This document shows positions 48,749-59,571 of a DNA stretch of 64,000 nucleotides, one piece after another. A program made the translations under genes and the position numbers. The stretch is from an uncultured Christensenellaceae bacterium. Its GTDB lineage: Bacteria; Bacillota; Clostridia; Christensenellales; UBA3700. The DNA lies in the NCBI GenBank assembly GCA_944376205.1, contig CALWBV010000003.1:101678-165677 (forward strand). Direction: 5' to 3'. The notes beneath the pieces are model-generated. The model had not been told where the DNA came from. It did not search any database and saw nothing but the letters and a program-made list of their open reading frames with translations. Position 1 is the first letter of the stretch. Each line of letters starts with the position of its first letter.

Positions 48749-51259
48749 GTGAGCAACAACGAAAACAAGAATGAACAATTCAAAAATCTTAAGGAGATAG
48801 ACGGCTTTATCAGAGAAGTTTCTAAGCCTTTTCTTTCCAATATCGCACAGGAAAAATCCCGTATAAAGGATATTCTGGGCAAAATTGCCGCACTCAAGCA
48901 GGAGATAATCCAGCAGTCGCTCAATTTGCCCGAAGAAGAGAGTGCACACGAAGAAGAAGTTAAGAACGCAGCTGAAGCCGAAGAAGCGGTTGTCGCAGAA
49001 AACGAAAAGCCTCAAGAAGAGTCTGTTGAATCTCAACAGCCTCAACAAGAGACGCAGAAACCTGTCGAACAAACAGCTTCTGTTCAACAACCCAAGGAGA
49101 GTGCTACGACGACTTATATCAATCCCGAAATGATAAGACGTCCAAACAGACAAGACGGCAATCGTCCTCAAGGTTTTGACAGAAACAAACAGGGAATGCA
49201 AAACAGAAATACCCCCAATCAGAAACCTATGGGTATCAATAAGGGCAAGACGGAGACTGTTGCACCTCCTCCTGCCGCTAATAACAACTTCAAAAACGAT
49301 AAAAAGAAAAAGGATGCAGGAAAGAATGCTTTCTCCAAGGACGAAAACAAAAAATCCTTGAACAAGAGAGATCTTTTCAAGAAGGGATATGCCTACGACT
49401 CTACGCTTGAAAGCGATGACGATATGGCAAGATATGTCAAAGTCAAAAAGGCTAAAAAAGAGACCAATGCGCCTCAATACGTCAAAATCGACCATGCTGT
49501 TATCAACAGCGAAAATATCGCTATAAAAGCATTCAGCGAAAAGATAGGTAAGTCGGCTACCGAAATAGTCAAAAAATTGTTCGATATGGGCAAATTCGCC
49601 ACTATCAACGACAGTATAAGTTTTGAAGAAGCCGAACTCGTAGCTGCAGATTACGATATTTCGCTTGAACTCAAGGTAGACAAAACTGCCGAAGATAAAC
49701 TTAAGGATATTATCGCAGACAACAAAGACGCAGCTAAACTCGTAAAGAGACCTCCTATCGTTACGATAATGGGTCACGTTGACCACGGTAAAACTTCCTT
49801 GCTTGACTACATCCGTAAAACTAACGTAGTTAAGAGCGAAGCCGGCGGTATTACACAGCACATAGGCGCTTATACCATCGACCTCAACGGCGAAAAGATA
49901 ACATTCCTCGATACTCCCGGACACGAAGCTTTTACCGCAATGAGAAGAAGAGGTGCAAACGTTACGGATATTGCAATAATCGTTATCGCAGCCGACGACG
50001 GTATAATGCCCCAGACTGTTGAAGCAATTAATCATGCTAAAGAAGCAGGAGTTGCAATCATTGTTGCGGCAAACAAGATAGATAAGACTGACGGAAATCT
50101 CGATAAACTCAAACAGCAGATGACAAATTACAATTTGCTTCCCGAAGATTGGGGCGGCGACGTTATCGTATGTCCTGTGAGTGCAAAAACAGGTCAGGGC
50201 GTTCAGGAATTGCTTGAAAACGTGCTTCTCGTAGCCGAAGTTCTCGACCTCAAGGCTAATAAAAAATGTCCCGCAACAGGTTCGATCATCGAAGCGAGAC
50301 TCGACAAAGGTAAAGGTCCTGTCGCAACCGTACTCGTTCAGAACGGTACTCTTAAAGTATCCGATTATGTAGTTGCGGGTACAGCTATCGGTAAGATAAG
50401 AGACATGACGGACTATTCGGGTAAACGAGTAAAAGAAGCGTTCCCTTCTTATGCTGTACAGGTGCAGGGATTTTCAGAAGTTCCTAATGCCGGCGATATA
50501 ATGGTTGCCGTTAAGGACGAAAAACTTGCCAAGAAGGTTGCTCAAGAGAGAGCCGATAAAGAAAGAGCAGAAATGCAAAGCCGTAGTAATGCTCGCAGTC
50601 TTGACGATATGTTCAGAAATGTCGATTCCAAGGATACCAAGGTATTGACGCTTATCGTCAAAGCGGACGTTCAGGGTTCAGTCGAAGCTGTAAAACAGTC
50701 TTTGCTCAAGCTCAATGACGAGATGAAAGACGACAACGTTAAGATCAATATCATTCACGGTGCAGTCGGCGCTATCAACGAATCTGACGTAATGTTGGCG
50801 GATACTGCAAATGCGGTAATTATCGCTTTCAACGTAAAACCCGAAGCAAAAGCCGCTACGCTTGCAGAGAGAAGCGGTATCGAAATCAAACAATATTCGA
50901 TTATTTACGATGCTATCGAAGATATAACGAGAGCGCTCAAAGGCATGCTCGAACCCACTTATAAAGAAGTCGTTATCGGTCACGCCGAAGTTCGTGCAAC
51001 GTTCAAAATATCCAATGTCGGTACTATTGCGGGTAGCTATGTAACCGACGGTAAAGTTGCAAGAAATTCGAAAGTCAGACTCATGAGAGGTAAAGACATC
51101 GTATACGAAGGCACGCTTTGTTCGCTTAAGAGAGAAAAAGACGACGCCAAAGAAGTTGCCGCCGGATACGAATGCGGTATCGGTCTCGAAAAATTCAACG
51201 ATGTCAAAGTGGGCGATATCATAGAAAGCTACATTATGGAGCGAATTGAAAATGAATAG
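48749..51259 (+). CDS. infB: translation initiation factor IF-2
   Basis: GGAGGTG SD then GTG 48749. [34 protein letters not shown]. The N-terminal region is low-complexity and E/Q/K-rich. Confidence 0.95.
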   Translation: MSNNENKNEQFKNLKEIDGFIREVSKPFLSNIAQEKSRIKDILGKIAALKQEIIQQSLNLPEEESAHEEEVKNAAEAEEAVVAENEKPQEESVESQQPQQETQKPVEQTASVQQPKESATTTYINPEMIRRPNRQDGNRPQGFDRNKQGMQNRNTPNQKPMGINKGKTETVAPPPAANNNFKNDKKKKDAGKNAFSKDENKKSLNKRDLFKKGYAYDSTLESDDDMARYVKVKKAKKETNAPQYVKIDHAVINSENIAIKAFSEKIGKSATEIVKKLFDMGKFATINDSISFEEAELVAADYDISLELKVDKTAEDKLKDIIADNKDAAKLVKRPPIVTIMGHVDHGKTSLLDYIRKTNVVKSEAGGITQHIGAYTIDLNGEKITFLDTPGHEAFTAMRRRGANVTDIAIIVIAADDGIMPQTVEAINHAKEAGVAIIVAANKIDKTDGNLDKLKQQMTNYNLLPEDWGGDVIVCPVSAKTGQGVQELLENVLLVAEVLDLKANKKCPATGSIIEARLDKGKGPVATVLVQNGTLKVSDYVVAGTAIGKIRDMTDYSGKRVKEAFPSYAVQVQGFSEVPNAGDIMVAVKDEKLAKKVAQERADKERAEMQSRSNARSLDDMFRNVDSKDTKVLTLIVKADVQGSVEAVKQSLLKLNDEMKDDNVKINIIHGAVGAINESDVMLADTANAVIIAFNVKPEAKAATLAERSGIEIKQYSIIYDAIEDITRALKGMLEPTYKEVVIGHAEVRATFKISNVGTIAGSYVTDGKVARNSKVRLMRGKDIVYEGTLCSLKREKDDAKEVAAGYECGIGLEKFNDVKVGDIIESYIMERIENE

Positions 51260-51608
51260 AATTGACAGAATAAACGCCGAGCTTAAAAAACAGCTTTCCG
51301 TTGTTTTGAGAGACGGTGTGAACGATCCCAGAGTAGCAGGAAAGATGGTTTGCGTTACCGATTGCAGTGTGGACAGAGATCTTACTCTTGCGCAGGTTTA
51401 CGTAAGCGTACTCGGGGTCGAAGAAGGCAAACAACAGGAAGTGATCGACGGTCTTAACAATGCAGAAGGCTATATCAAATCCTGCCTTAAGACGAAGATC
51501 AAATTGAGAGCTATGCCGGAATTGAGATTTTTCTATGACAACAGTCTTAATTACGGTATGAAGATTTCCAAAATAATCGATGAAATCAACTCAAAACAGA
51601 ACAATTAA
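51252..51608 (+). CDS. rbfA: ribosome-binding factor A
   Basis: [19 protein letters not shown]...VTDCSVDRDLTLAQVYVS... ATG 51252 is preferred over the track's TTG 51246. Confidence 0.9.
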   Translation: MNRIDRINAELKKQLSVVLRDGVNDPRVAGKMVCVTDCSVDRDLTLAQVYVSVLGVEEGKQQEVIDGLNNAEGYIKSCLKTKIKLRAMPELRFFYDNSLNYGMKISKIIDEINSKQNN

Positions 51609-51618
51609 TCGGTGAAAA

Positions 51619-52584
51619 ATGTACAGAGATTTTATAAATGCCGTTCAAAAAGCGAATATCGTATCAATAATCAGTCACCAGAATCCCGACGGTGACACTT
51701 GCGGCAGCGCTTTAGCGCTGTATAGGGCTTTGAAGTTATTCGGAAAACAAGTTTATATTTATTGCGACAGTGTTATAAAAGACTCTCTTACGGTTTTGAA
51801 AGGTTATGAAAACTACAATGCGAGCGAGGCCGTGAAATGCGACCTCGCTATTGCATGCGACTGCGCTGACGCTGACCGTATGGGCGTATATCTCGACATG
51901 TACAAAAAAGCCAGAATCAAAGTCGATATCGATCATCACAAGACAAATAACAATTACGGCAATATCAATATTATCGAAGCGGGAGTCAGTGCAACGTGCG
52001 AGGTTATGTACAAGGTAATAAAAGCACTCGACGAAGTTAAACCTTGTTTTGACGACACTGTGGCAGAACTTCTTTACAGCGGACTTGTCACAGACAGCGG
52101 AGGTTTTACTTTCTCAAGCGTATCCTCACAAACGCACGCAATTGCGTCTGAACTTAAAAAATACAACTTCGATTCATCTGCAATATGCGAACATTTTCTT
52201 AAAAACGTACCTTTCAATACATTCAGATTGAGGGCAAGGGTATGGTCGCAGGCAAAGTTTTTCTGCGATAACAAAATCGGTATGATTGTATTTACCCAGC
52301 AAGATTTCAAAGAGACTTCGACTTGCCCCGACAATACTGAAGGCGCAATTAATTTTATAAGAGATATAGAAGGCGTAGAAGTAGCTGTTGCAATCACCGA
52401 ACTTGAAAGCAAAAACAGTTTTAAGGTAAGTATCCGTACCAGCGACAGAGTCGACGCTTCAAGAATAACTATGATATTCGGCGGCGGCGGACATAAAAAT
52501 GCCGCAGGTTGCAGGATATCAGGCTTTTTTGAAGATGTAAAGGACAAGCTTATCAAAGCTTGCAGAGACGAGTTGGGTGTATGA
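51619..52584 (+). CDS. DHH/DHHA1-family phosphoesterase (NrnA-like)
   Basis: HQNPDGDTCGSALAL, DCADADR, DIDHHKTN, GGGGHKNAAG. Confidence 0.85.
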   Translation: MYRDFINAVQKANIVSIISHQNPDGDTCGSALALYRALKLFGKQVYIYCDSVIKDSLTVLKGYENYNASEAVKCDLAIACDCADADRMGVYLDMYKKARIKVDIDHHKTNNNYGNINIIEAGVSATCEVMYKVIKALDEVKPCFDDTVAELLYSGLVTDSGGFTFSSVSSQTHAIASELKKYNFDSSAICEHFLKNVPFNTFRLRARVWSQAKFFCDNKIGMIVFTQQDFKETSTCPDNTEGAINFIRDIEGVEVAVAITELESKNSFKVSIRTSDRVDASRITMIFGGGGHKNAAGCRISGFFEDVKDKLIKACRDELGV

Positions 52585-53459
52585 ACGGATTTGCAGTTAT
52601 AAACAAACCTTCGGGAATTTCCTCGAGCGATGCTGTTATAAAGTGCAGAAACGCTTTATCTAAAGCTATCGGCTGCAAAATCAAATGCGGTCATATGGGG
52701 ACATTGGATCCGTTGGCAAGCGGAGTTTTATTAGTGGCTTTCGGCAATACAAACAGGCTCTTCGATTTTTTGCTTAAAAAAGAAAAATCGTATGTAGCAA
52801 CCTTTGAATTCGGAGAAGAGAGAGATACTTTGGATGCTGAAGGCACAGTGACTGAAAAAAGCGAATTGCCACAATTGGACAAAATTCTAGCATGTACAAA
52901 CGAATTTATCGGCGAGATAGATCAGATTCCCCCAAAATACAGCGCCGTTAATATCAACGGTAAAAGAGCTTACGATCTGGCACGAGCAGGAAAAGAATTC
53001 GAAATACAATCCAAGAAAGTTTATATCAAAGATATAAAAATACTAGGATATGACTGCGAAAAAGATAAATGCAAACGAATTAAACTCAATATCGTTTGCG
53101 GCGGCGGAACATATATCAGAAGTCTATGCAGAGACATTGCTTACAAAGCTGAAACGCTCGGGTATATGTCGTCTTTGGTAAGAACGGAATGCGGTGGATT
53201 TAGTCTTGACGATGCTGTCGTCATTGACGAATTTATAGCAAATCCTCTTTCAAATATCAGAAGCGGTGAGGAGTTGCTGTCAAAGATTATGCCGCTGAAA
53301 GATATTGACAAAGAAGAATATAAAAAAGTGCGCAACGGACAGAGTATTGCGGTAAATGTACAGGACGGTAGTTACGGCGCAAAGTTTGACGGAAAACTCT
53401 GTTTTATTTTGAAGGTTGAAAACAATACCGCAAAATCGGTATGTTATTTAGAAGATTGA
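52581..53459 (+). CDS. truB: tRNA pseudouridine(55) synthase TruB
   Basis: ATGA overlap with the preceding gene. NKPSGISS, GHMGTLDPLASGVL, IPPKYSAV, YIRSL. Confidence 0.95.
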   Translation: MNGFAVINKPSGISSSDAVIKCRNALSKAIGCKIKCGHMGTLDPLASGVLLVAFGNTNRLFDFLLKKEKSYVATFEFGEERDTLDAEGTVTEKSELPQLDKILACTNEFIGEIDQIPPKYSAVNINGKRAYDLARAGKEFEIQSKKVYIKDIKILGYDCEKDKCKRIKLNIVCGGGTYIRSLCRDIAYKAETLGYMSSLVRTECGGFSLDDAVVIDEFIANPLSNIRSGEELLSKIMPLKDIDKEEYKKVRNGQSIAVNVQDGSYGAKFDGKLCFILKVENNTAKSVCYLED

Positions 53460-53460
53460 T

Positions 53461-54384
53461 ATGAGCAGATGGAAAGGAATACAGACTTTAGAATATTGCG
53501 GCGATTATACTCCTACACTAGTGATAGGACTCGGCTTTTTCGATTGTCTGCATATTGGACATATAAAACTTATCGGTGAGGTAAAAAGACTTGCCAACAA
53601 ATATTCTTGCCTAAGCGCAGTTTTTACCTTTGAAAATTCGCCTTTTACGGTATTGGGAAAGGACACAAAACAAATTCTCGATTTTGAGGAAAGATTGTTC
53701 AAACTCAACGAACTTCAGGTTGATTATTGTATAAAATCTAAATTCGATAAAAACTTTTCTCAGATCGAACCCGAAGAATTCCTGAATGCTTTTATCGACG
53801 GAAAGTGCGTAAAGGCAATCGTTGTAGGCGAAGATTATACATTCGGCAAACAGGGAAAAGGAAATGTGACTTTTCTTAAAAATTGGTGCGATGCTCACTC
53901 AATAGAGCTGTCTGTAGTCGATTTTGCTACCGATAACAATATTAAAATCTCTTCTACCACAGTAAGAGAACTTCTTATCGAAGGAAATCTTAAAAAAGCA
54001 AATACTTATCTCGGACAACCTTATTTTGTTATTGGCACTGTCGAAAAAGGCAGAAAAGAGGGAAAAAATATCGGTTTTGCCACAGCTAATATCTTTTATA
54101 GCGAAGATAAGTTGAGAATCAAACCGGGAGTGTATTATACAAGAGTATTGGTTGACGGGATATGGTACAAAGCCGTTACTAACGTAGGCAATCATCCTAC
54201 GTTCGACGATTACAATTTTAATATTGAAAGCCATATTCTTTATTACGACAATGTCCTTTACGGAAAAAAGATCGTAGTAAAATTTTTGGAATATATAAGA
54301 GATATCAAAAAATTTTCTTCTAAAGAAGAACTTGCTCGCCAGATTTCGCAGGATATAAATTTTGCGATGGAGAGTAAAATGTGA
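53461..54384 (+). CDS. ribF: bifunctional riboflavin kinase/FAD synthetase RibF
   Basis: IGLGFFDCLHIGHIKLI, then the kinase part GRKEGKNIGFATANI...GNHPTF. Confidence 0.9.
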   Translation: MSRWKGIQTLEYCGDYTPTLVIGLGFFDCLHIGHIKLIGEVKRLANKYSCLSAVFTFENSPFTVLGKDTKQILDFEERLFKLNELQVDYCIKSKFDKNFSQIEPEEFLNAFIDGKCVKAIVVGEDYTFGKQGKGNVTFLKNWCDAHSIELSVVDFATDNNIKISSTTVRELLIEGNLKKANTYLGQPYFVIGTVEKGRKEGKNIGFATANIFYSEDKLRIKPGVYYTRVLVDGIWYKAVTNVGNHPTFDDYNFNIESHILYYDNVLYGKKIVVKFLEYIRDIKKFSSKEELARQISQDINFAMESKM

Positions 54385-54391
54385 GGTATTT

Positions 54392-55243
54392 ATGATAAAA
54401 TTCGGTCCTAGCGGTCTGTGTATGCAATTTGCCGAACAAGGATACAAACATACGGCGCAGGCTGCGGCATGGTTAAAAAGTTTGGGGCTTGATTGTTTTG
54501 AATATTCTTTCGGAAGAGGAGTACAGATCAAACCTGCTACGGCAGAAGAAATAGGTAAAGAATTTGCCGCTTGCGGCATCGAATTGAGCGTGCATGCTCC
54601 TTATTTTATCAATCTTGCAACGCAGGAAGAAGAAAAAGCGCAAAATAATCACAGATATATTCTCGATTCGCTTGCCGCACTCAAAGCATTCGGCGGCAAC
54701 AGATGCGTTTTTCATCCCGGCAGTCCGCTCAAAATGCCGAGAAACGAAGCCGTTGCATTAATGCTCAAAAGATTCGAAACGGTGCTCAAGCTTAAAGAGG
54801 AATACGGATTTCAAGATTTATTGCTTTGTCCCGAAACAATGGGTAAAAAAGCGCAGCTTGGTGATCTCGAAGAAATCATCGCTATGTGCAATCTGGGCGA
54901 TGATAACATCGTTCCTTGCATTGATTTCGGACATCTGAACAGTCGAGATCAGGGCATATATCACAATAAAGACGACTACAAACGCACTATTGACAGACTT
55001 CTTGAGGGGGTTGGAGAAAGCAAAACGGACAGAATGCATGTGCATTTTTCCAAAATTCAATATACTTCCAACGGCGAATTGAGACATCTTACTTTCGATG
55101 ACGAGATTTACGGTCCCGATTATCAACCGCTTATGGAGGTATTTAAGGAGTACAAACTCAATCCGTATATTGTGTGTGAATCCGCAGGAACGCAAACGAG
55201 AGATGCGCTTGCAATGAAAACCTACTACCAAAGCATAAAATAA
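54392..55243 (+). CDS. TIM-barrel protein of the AP-endonuclease-2/xylose-isomerase-like superfamily
   Basis: GAGGT SD then ATG 54392. ...ELSVHAPYFINLA..., CVFHPGS, CPETMG, IDFGHLN and HVHFS metal-ligand-like pattern. The exact function cannot be assigned. Confidence 0.6.
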   Translation: MIKFGPSGLCMQFAEQGYKHTAQAAAWLKSLGLDCFEYSFGRGVQIKPATAEEIGKEFAACGIELSVHAPYFINLATQEEEKAQNNHRYILDSLAALKAFGGNRCVFHPGSPLKMPRNEAVALMLKRFETVLKLKEEYGFQDLLLCPETMGKKAQLGDLEEIIAMCNLGDDNIVPCIDFGHLNSRDQGIYHNKDDYKRTIDRLLEGVGESKTDRMHVHFSKIQYTSNGELRHLTFDDEIYGPDYQPLMEVFKEYKLNPYIVCESAGTQTRDALAMKTYYQSIK

Positions 55244-55296
55244 ATATAATTATAATAAAATTAAGTCAAAAGACTGCTTGTGATTGAATTTTGACT

Positions 55297-55324
55297 TTAC
55301 ATATAAACAAAACTATGGTAGAAT
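55297..55324 (+). promoter_or_regulatory. extended -10 promoter of the M24 peptidase-efp unit
   Basis: TTACAT (55297-55302), 16-nt spacer, TGgTAGAAT (55316-55324). The -10 ends 6 nt before ATG 55331. Confidence 0.5.
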
Positions 55325-55330
55325 AACACT

Positions 55331-56365
55331 ATGGATATATGCAGAAAACTGTACGATGACGCCAAAGTCGACACTCTTGTTTTGCTTTTGCCGTCGAACA
55401 CTTTGTATTTATCGGGATATTCCTCTACGAATTGTCAGATTATCATAACTGATAAGAAGTCTTATTTTCTTACCGATATGAGATATTTTCTCGAAGCATC
55501 CGACAAACTTGGCGACAGGTTTGAGGTTGTATGCGGTTCGCTCGAGGATAATGAAGAACTCATAAAGGGCGATACAATCGGATTTGAGATAGGAATATCT
55601 TATATTGAATATCTTTCGCTGGAAAAGATTTGTCAAGGCAAACGTCTTGTAGATATAAGCGATAAGATAGCCGCTATAAGAGATATAAAATCCTCGGATG
55701 AAATCGATAAAATTTTGAAAGCACAGTCTGTGACAGAACTGGCTTTCAAAGAAGCGCTGGCTTATATCAGAGAGGGTATTTCGGAATACGAACTTGCGGC
55801 ATATATCGAATATATAATGTTAAAAAACGGCTGTTCGCTGGCGTTTGACAGCATTGTCGCATTCGGAGAGCATACTGCAAGCCCTCATGCGCACAGAAGC
55901 GACAAATTGTTGAAGACGGGTGAGTTTATCACCATGGATATCGGAGCAAAATATCAAGGATATTGTTCTGATATGACAAGAACGGTATGTTTCGGAAATC
56001 CTTCTTCAGAACAAACCGAAATATACAATGCCGTGTTAAAAGCGCAACTTGAAGTTTTAGATAAGCTGAAAGCAGGCTTTACGGGACGACAAGGCGATGC
56101 TATCGCACGTGATTATTTTGCTTCGTTAGGACTCGAAAAATACTTTACGCATTCTTTGGGACACGGCGTCGGCATCGATATTCACGAGGGAACAGGCATG
56201 ACCCCCAGAGAAGATCGCATTCTCAAAAAGGGTATGGTCATTACAGTCGAACCGGGGCTTTATCTTGAAGGTAAGTTCGGCGTGCGCATAGAAGATATGG
56301 CGCTTATTGAAGAGAATTCAGTCAAGTCATTGACTAATGCTAATAAACAATTAATTATACTTTAA
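55331..56365 (+). CDS. M24-family Xaa-Pro aminopeptidase/dipeptidase
   Basis: Metal ligand pattern [34 protein letters not shown] and RIEDM. It lies upstream of efp, as yqhT does in Bacillus. Confidence 0.9.
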   Translation: MDICRKLYDDAKVDTLVLLLPSNTLYLSGYSSTNCQIIITDKKSYFLTDMRYFLEASDKLGDRFEVVCGSLEDNEELIKGDTIGFEIGISYIEYLSLEKICQGKRLVDISDKIAAIRDIKSSDEIDKILKAQSVTELAFKEALAYIREGISEYELAAYIEYIMLKNGCSLAFDSIVAFGEHTASPHAHRSDKLLKTGEFITMDIGAKYQGYCSDMTRTVCFGNPSSEQTEIYNAVLKAQLEVLDKLKAGFTGRQGDAIARDYFASLGLEKYFTHSLGHGVGIDIHEGTGMTPREDRILKKGMVITVEPGLYLEGKFGVRIEDMALIEENSVKSLTNANKQLIIL

Positions 56366-56385
56366 CAAAAAACCGGAGGTATTTT

Positions 56386-56952
56386 ATGGCTGATTTTGTA
56401 TTGGCAGGAGATTTCAGAAAGGGAGTTACGTTTGAAATGGACGGCAAAGTAGTTACCGTAGTTGACTTCTTGCACGTTAAACCCGGCAAGGGCGCAGCAT
56501 TCGTACGTACCAAATTGAGAGACGTTATCAACGGCGGTACCGTAGAAATGACTTTTAACCCTACTGCAAAATTCCAAACGGCTCATATCGAGCACAAAAC
56601 AATGATATATTCTTACAATGACGGCGATCTTTATTATTTTATGGATCCCAACACGTTTGACATGCTTCCTATCAACAAGGAGTATGCTGAAGACGCATTG
56701 ATGTACGTAATGGAAAACGGTGAAGTTACCGTATCTTTCTACAACGGCAATCCTTTTGAAGTAGAAGCTCCCAACTTTGTAGAACTTCTTATCACTCACT
56801 GCGAACCCGGTGCAAAGGGTAACACCGCACAGGGCGCTACAAAACCCGCAACTCTCGAGACCGGATATACCTTGCAGGTACCTCTTTTTGTAAACGAAGG
56901 CGATACAATCAGAGTCGATACCCGTACCGGTTCTTATATGTCCAGAGTATAA
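56386..56952 (+). CDS. efp: translation elongation factor P
   Basis: [35 protein letters not shown]. Confidence 0.97.
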   Translation: MADFVLAGDFRKGVTFEMDGKVVTVVDFLHVKPGKGAAFVRTKLRDVINGGTVEMTFNPTAKFQTAHIEHKTMIYSYNDGDLYYFMDPNTFDMLPINKEYAEDALMYVMENGEVTVSFYNGNPFEVEAPNFVELLITHCEPGAKGNTAQGATKPATLETGYTLQVPLFVNEGDTIRVDTRTGSYMSRV

Positions 56953-56961
56953 TGCCTTTTA

Positions 56962-56985
56962 TCGGCGGCGGGAAACCGCCGCTGA
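56962..56985 (+). other. GC-rich GNRA-capped hairpin after efp (no U tract)
   Basis: GCGGCGG-gaaa-CCGCCGC (56965-56982), extendable to about 10 bp. It is followed by TGAATCGG, so it is not a canonical intrinsic terminator. Confidence 0.4.
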
Positions 56986-56999
56986 ATCGGTATGGATAA

Positions 57000-57821
57000 G
57001 TGGCAAAAAAGAAATTCGATTATTACTTTTTAAGATTTATTTTCAGGGCAACAGTTTTTGTTGTCATGGTTTCTTTTACTTTATATGAGATTTTCAGCGG
57101 CAACGAGATTTTCGGAATAAGTCGCATCATAGACAGTAACTATTATAAAGACGGCTTCAAATCAGACGGATTCTGGCACGGTTTTTCACCTTTGCATATC
57201 GTTTGGACATGCATGATGCTATATATGTTGTCGCATCTTATAAATTTCAAGTTTGTATCCAAAGGAAGTACTAAAAAATTTGCAAGCCGCTATGTAGAGA
57301 GCCAAAGAAACAATAAAGAAGTCATTCGTCTCACAAGAAAATTTTATCAGAAAGGCGCTATTAAAACAGGGCTTGTTTATGCCGCATTAAATCTTGTAAT
57401 CTTTATATTATATATGATCGACCGCTATTCGAAATATAAAATTTTCGGCGGACATTCCGGTCAGATAATAATCATTGTACAAATGTTTTTCTATGTGAGC
57501 GACTTTATCTGCATAATATTTTTCTGTCCTTTTCAAAAATGGTTTATGCATAATAAATGTTGCAAAACATGCCGTATTTACGATTGGGGAGCAATCATGA
57601 TGCAGGCTCCGATGTTCTATATCCCTAATTTCTACGCTACGACGCTTTCGCTGTTTTCTTTGATAGTATTTATTCGCTGGGAGGTTTCATACTATCGTCA
57701 TCCCGAGCGTTTTATAGAATATACGAATTGTTCGCTGTCTTGCAAAAACTGCGATGAAGAATGGTGCAGAATCAAAGGAAAAATAATCAATACAGAAAGA
57801 AAAGAGAATCATATTCTCTGA
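57000..57821 (+). CDS. hypothetical polytopic membrane protein with Cys-rich motifs
   Basis: About 6 hydrophobic segments. CCKTC and CSLSCKNCDEEWC clusters lie in the C-terminal third. GTG start without a clear SD, so the start is uncertain. No family was recognised. Confidence 0.5.
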   Translation: MAKKKFDYYFLRFIFRATVFVVMVSFTLYEIFSGNEIFGISRIIDSNYYKDGFKSDGFWHGFSPLHIVWTCMMLYMLSHLINFKFVSKGSTKKFASRYVESQRNNKEVIRLTRKFYQKGAIKTGLVYAALNLVIFILYMIDRYSKYKIFGGHSGQIIIIVQMFFYVSDFICIIFFCPFQKWFMHNKCCKTCRIYDWGAIMMQAPMFYIPNFYATTLSLFSLIVFIRWEVSYYRHPERFIEYTNCSLSCKNCDEEWCRIKGKIINTERKENHIL

Positions 57822-57881
57822 AATATCAATTATTAAAAATCCTTCGATGGCTGATTTATAATTAATTATAAAGATTTTCCG

Positions 57882-57907
57882 ATCCGACTTTATAGTCGGA
57901 TTTTTTA
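57882..57907 (+). terminator. intrinsic terminator before the spoIIIA operon
   Basis: ATCCGACT-ttat-AGTCGGAT 8-bp stem followed by T6. Confidence 0.8.
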
Positions 57908-57988
57908 TTGAAATTGTCGAAAAAACGATATTTAACAGTAAATTTTTGCTATAGTCATAGCTTCAGATTACGAGTCTTAATATATTGT

Positions 57989-58855
57989 ATGGAAACATTA
58001 TTGGCACGACTTCTACCTATTGCGCTATACAACGAACTTTACAAAGAATGCAAAGACTTGTCATGTCTTACAGAATTAAGACTGCGCAGGGACAAACCTT
58101 TGTATTTTGCGATAAACGGTATATACAAAAAGTTGTCCGAAGAATACACAGTAAGCGGCGAAGATATTTCTTATATACTCTCTGCGGCGACAAAATCTTC
58201 TTTGTATGCCTACAATTCCAGCATTCTTGAAGGATATATAAGTTATGACGGAGGTATAAGGATAGGCTTGAGCGGAGAAGGAGTACTAAAAAGCGGAACG
58301 TTGTCAGCTGTCAAAAATATAAACTCGCTTTGCATAAGATTGCCGCATTTCGTGACTATCAACGATAGTCGGTTGAATAGTCTGATAGATGATTTTGATA
58401 ATACTCTTATCATTTCAAAACCCGGATACGGCAAGACGACTTTGTTGCGGTATATGATAAAGAGATTATCGGACAAGGGGTACAATGTTCTGGTACTTGA
58501 CGAAAGAGGAGAGTTATCGGGTGCAAGTCAAGGCAAATTCTACGTCGATTTAGGAGAATGTTGCGACGTAGCATTAGGAATACCTAAACTGAAAGCATAC
58601 GAATCGCAAGTAAGGAGCATGCGTCCTGACATAATCGCAAGCGACGAAATCTTCGGCGAAAGCGAAGTCGATTGCATCGCCGATTGCGTAAGATGCGGTG
58701 TAAAAGTCATAGCAACGTTGCACGGCTCCGCTTTAGACACCGTAAACCGTATGAAGATATATGACAGATTGCTGGGTTACATGAGATATGCTGTGTTAAT
58801 AAAAGATATAGGAAATATAGGTCGTATTGTCGACCTGAAAGGAAAGTATGCTTGA
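57989..58855 (+). CDS. spoIIIAA: stage III sporulation protein AA (AAA-type ATPase)
   Basis: N-terminus METLLARLLP...ELRLRRDKPL, Walker A SKPGYGKTTLLRY, Walker B VLVLDE. It is the first gene of an AA-AH series. Confidence 0.85.
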   Translation: METLLARLLPIALYNELYKECKDLSCLTELRLRRDKPLYFAINGIYKKLSEEYTVSGEDISYILSAATKSSLYAYNSSILEGYISYDGGIRIGLSGEGVLKSGTLSAVKNINSLCIRLPHFVTINDSRLNSLIDDFDNTLIISKPGYGKTTLLRYMIKRLSDKGYNVLVLDERGELSGASQGKFYVDLGECCDVALGIPKLKAYESQVRSMRPDIIASDEIFGESEVDCIADCVRCGVKVIATLHGSALDTVNRMKIYDRLLGYMRYAVLIKDIGNIGRIVDLKGKYA

Positions 58856-59348
58856 TCTTGTATTCGGGGGAATTCTTTGTGCGCTATGTACTTATCTCGG
58901 TATGGTTGCAAAGCAGTATTACGACAAAAGATACGCTTATCTCAAAGATTTTGCCGACTTTTTGAGTGTACTTTTAGATAACATGACATACACGAAGGAC
59001 AATATCGTCTATGTTATAGAAAAATACACGGGGCAAAATAAAGGGCAGTTTTGCAAAGATATCAACGAATACGCATCGATAGTAAAAAGCGGCAGTGTCG
59101 ATGCTAAAGATATTTCGGATATATTTGCTTGCAAATATTTGAAAAAAACCGAAAAAGCATACATTTCGACTTTTTTTTCGACTTTGGGAACTATGGATTA
59201 CGACAGTCAGCTTGCAAGGACAAAACTGTCTTTGGCAGAAAGCGAAAAACTTCGCGACAAAGCGTATAAAGATAGTAAATCAACGGGAGTTATGTTTTCA
59301 AAATTAGGATTATTGTTGGGAATAGCAATAATGATTATCCTGGCGTAG
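58848..59348 (+). CDS. spoIIIAB: stage III sporulation protein AB
   Basis: 166 aa with N- and C-terminal TM segments. It overlaps spoIIIAA by 8 nt and is second in the operon. Confidence 0.75.
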   Translation: MLDLVFGGILCALCTYLGMVAKQYYDKRYAYLKDFADFLSVLLDNMTYTKDNIVYVIEKYTGQNKGQFCKDINEYASIVKSGSVDAKDISDIFACKYLKKTEKAYISTFFSTLGTMDYDSQLARTKLSLAESEKLRDKAYKDSKSTGVMFSKLGLLLGIAIMIILA

Positions 59349-59360
59349 CGAGAGGTAAAT

Positions 59361-59558
59361 ATGGGAATAGATATAATCTTCAAAATTGCCGGTATAGGTC
59401 TTTTGACCGCAATCGTCAACATTATTCTTAAAAAAAGCGACAAGGACGAAATCGCAAATTTCGTAACAATTGCAGGTCTTGTTCTTGTGCTGGTACTCGT
59501 TCTCGATATGTTAAGCGGATTGTTTGACACACTCAAGTCGCTGCTCAATCTCTATTAG
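59361..59558 (+). CDS. spoIIIAC: stage III sporulation protein AC
   Basis: 65-aa two-TM protein: IFKIAGIGLLTAIVNIILKKSDKDEIA... Confidence 0.85.
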   Translation: MGIDIIFKIAGIGLLTAIVNIILKKSDKDEIANFVTIAGLVLVLVLVLDMLSGLFDTLKSLLNLY

Positions 59559-59571
59559 GCGAAAAAATACT

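Noticed and set aside
48713-50035. A 440-aa minus-strand ORF lies antisense to infB. Similar cases are 47255-48157 (nusA), 36479-37495 (rpsB), 37356-38321 (tsf), 31196-32023 (queA), 38297-39094 (pyrH), 40418-41176 (cdsA) and 41378-42121 (dxr).
   Set aside because: Each lies entirely opposite a strongly conserved + strand gene. They have F/C/S/L-rich low-complexity translations, no SD and no recognisable motifs. They are typical shadow ORFs of purine-rich coding strands.
57908-57988. A sigma-E-type promoter (CATAGCTT at 57956-57963) could drive spoIIIAA.
   Set aside because: The -10-like octamer matches CATACAnT only partly. No ATA-type -35 lies at the required 16-18 nt. I cannot support a call without a position weight matrix scan.
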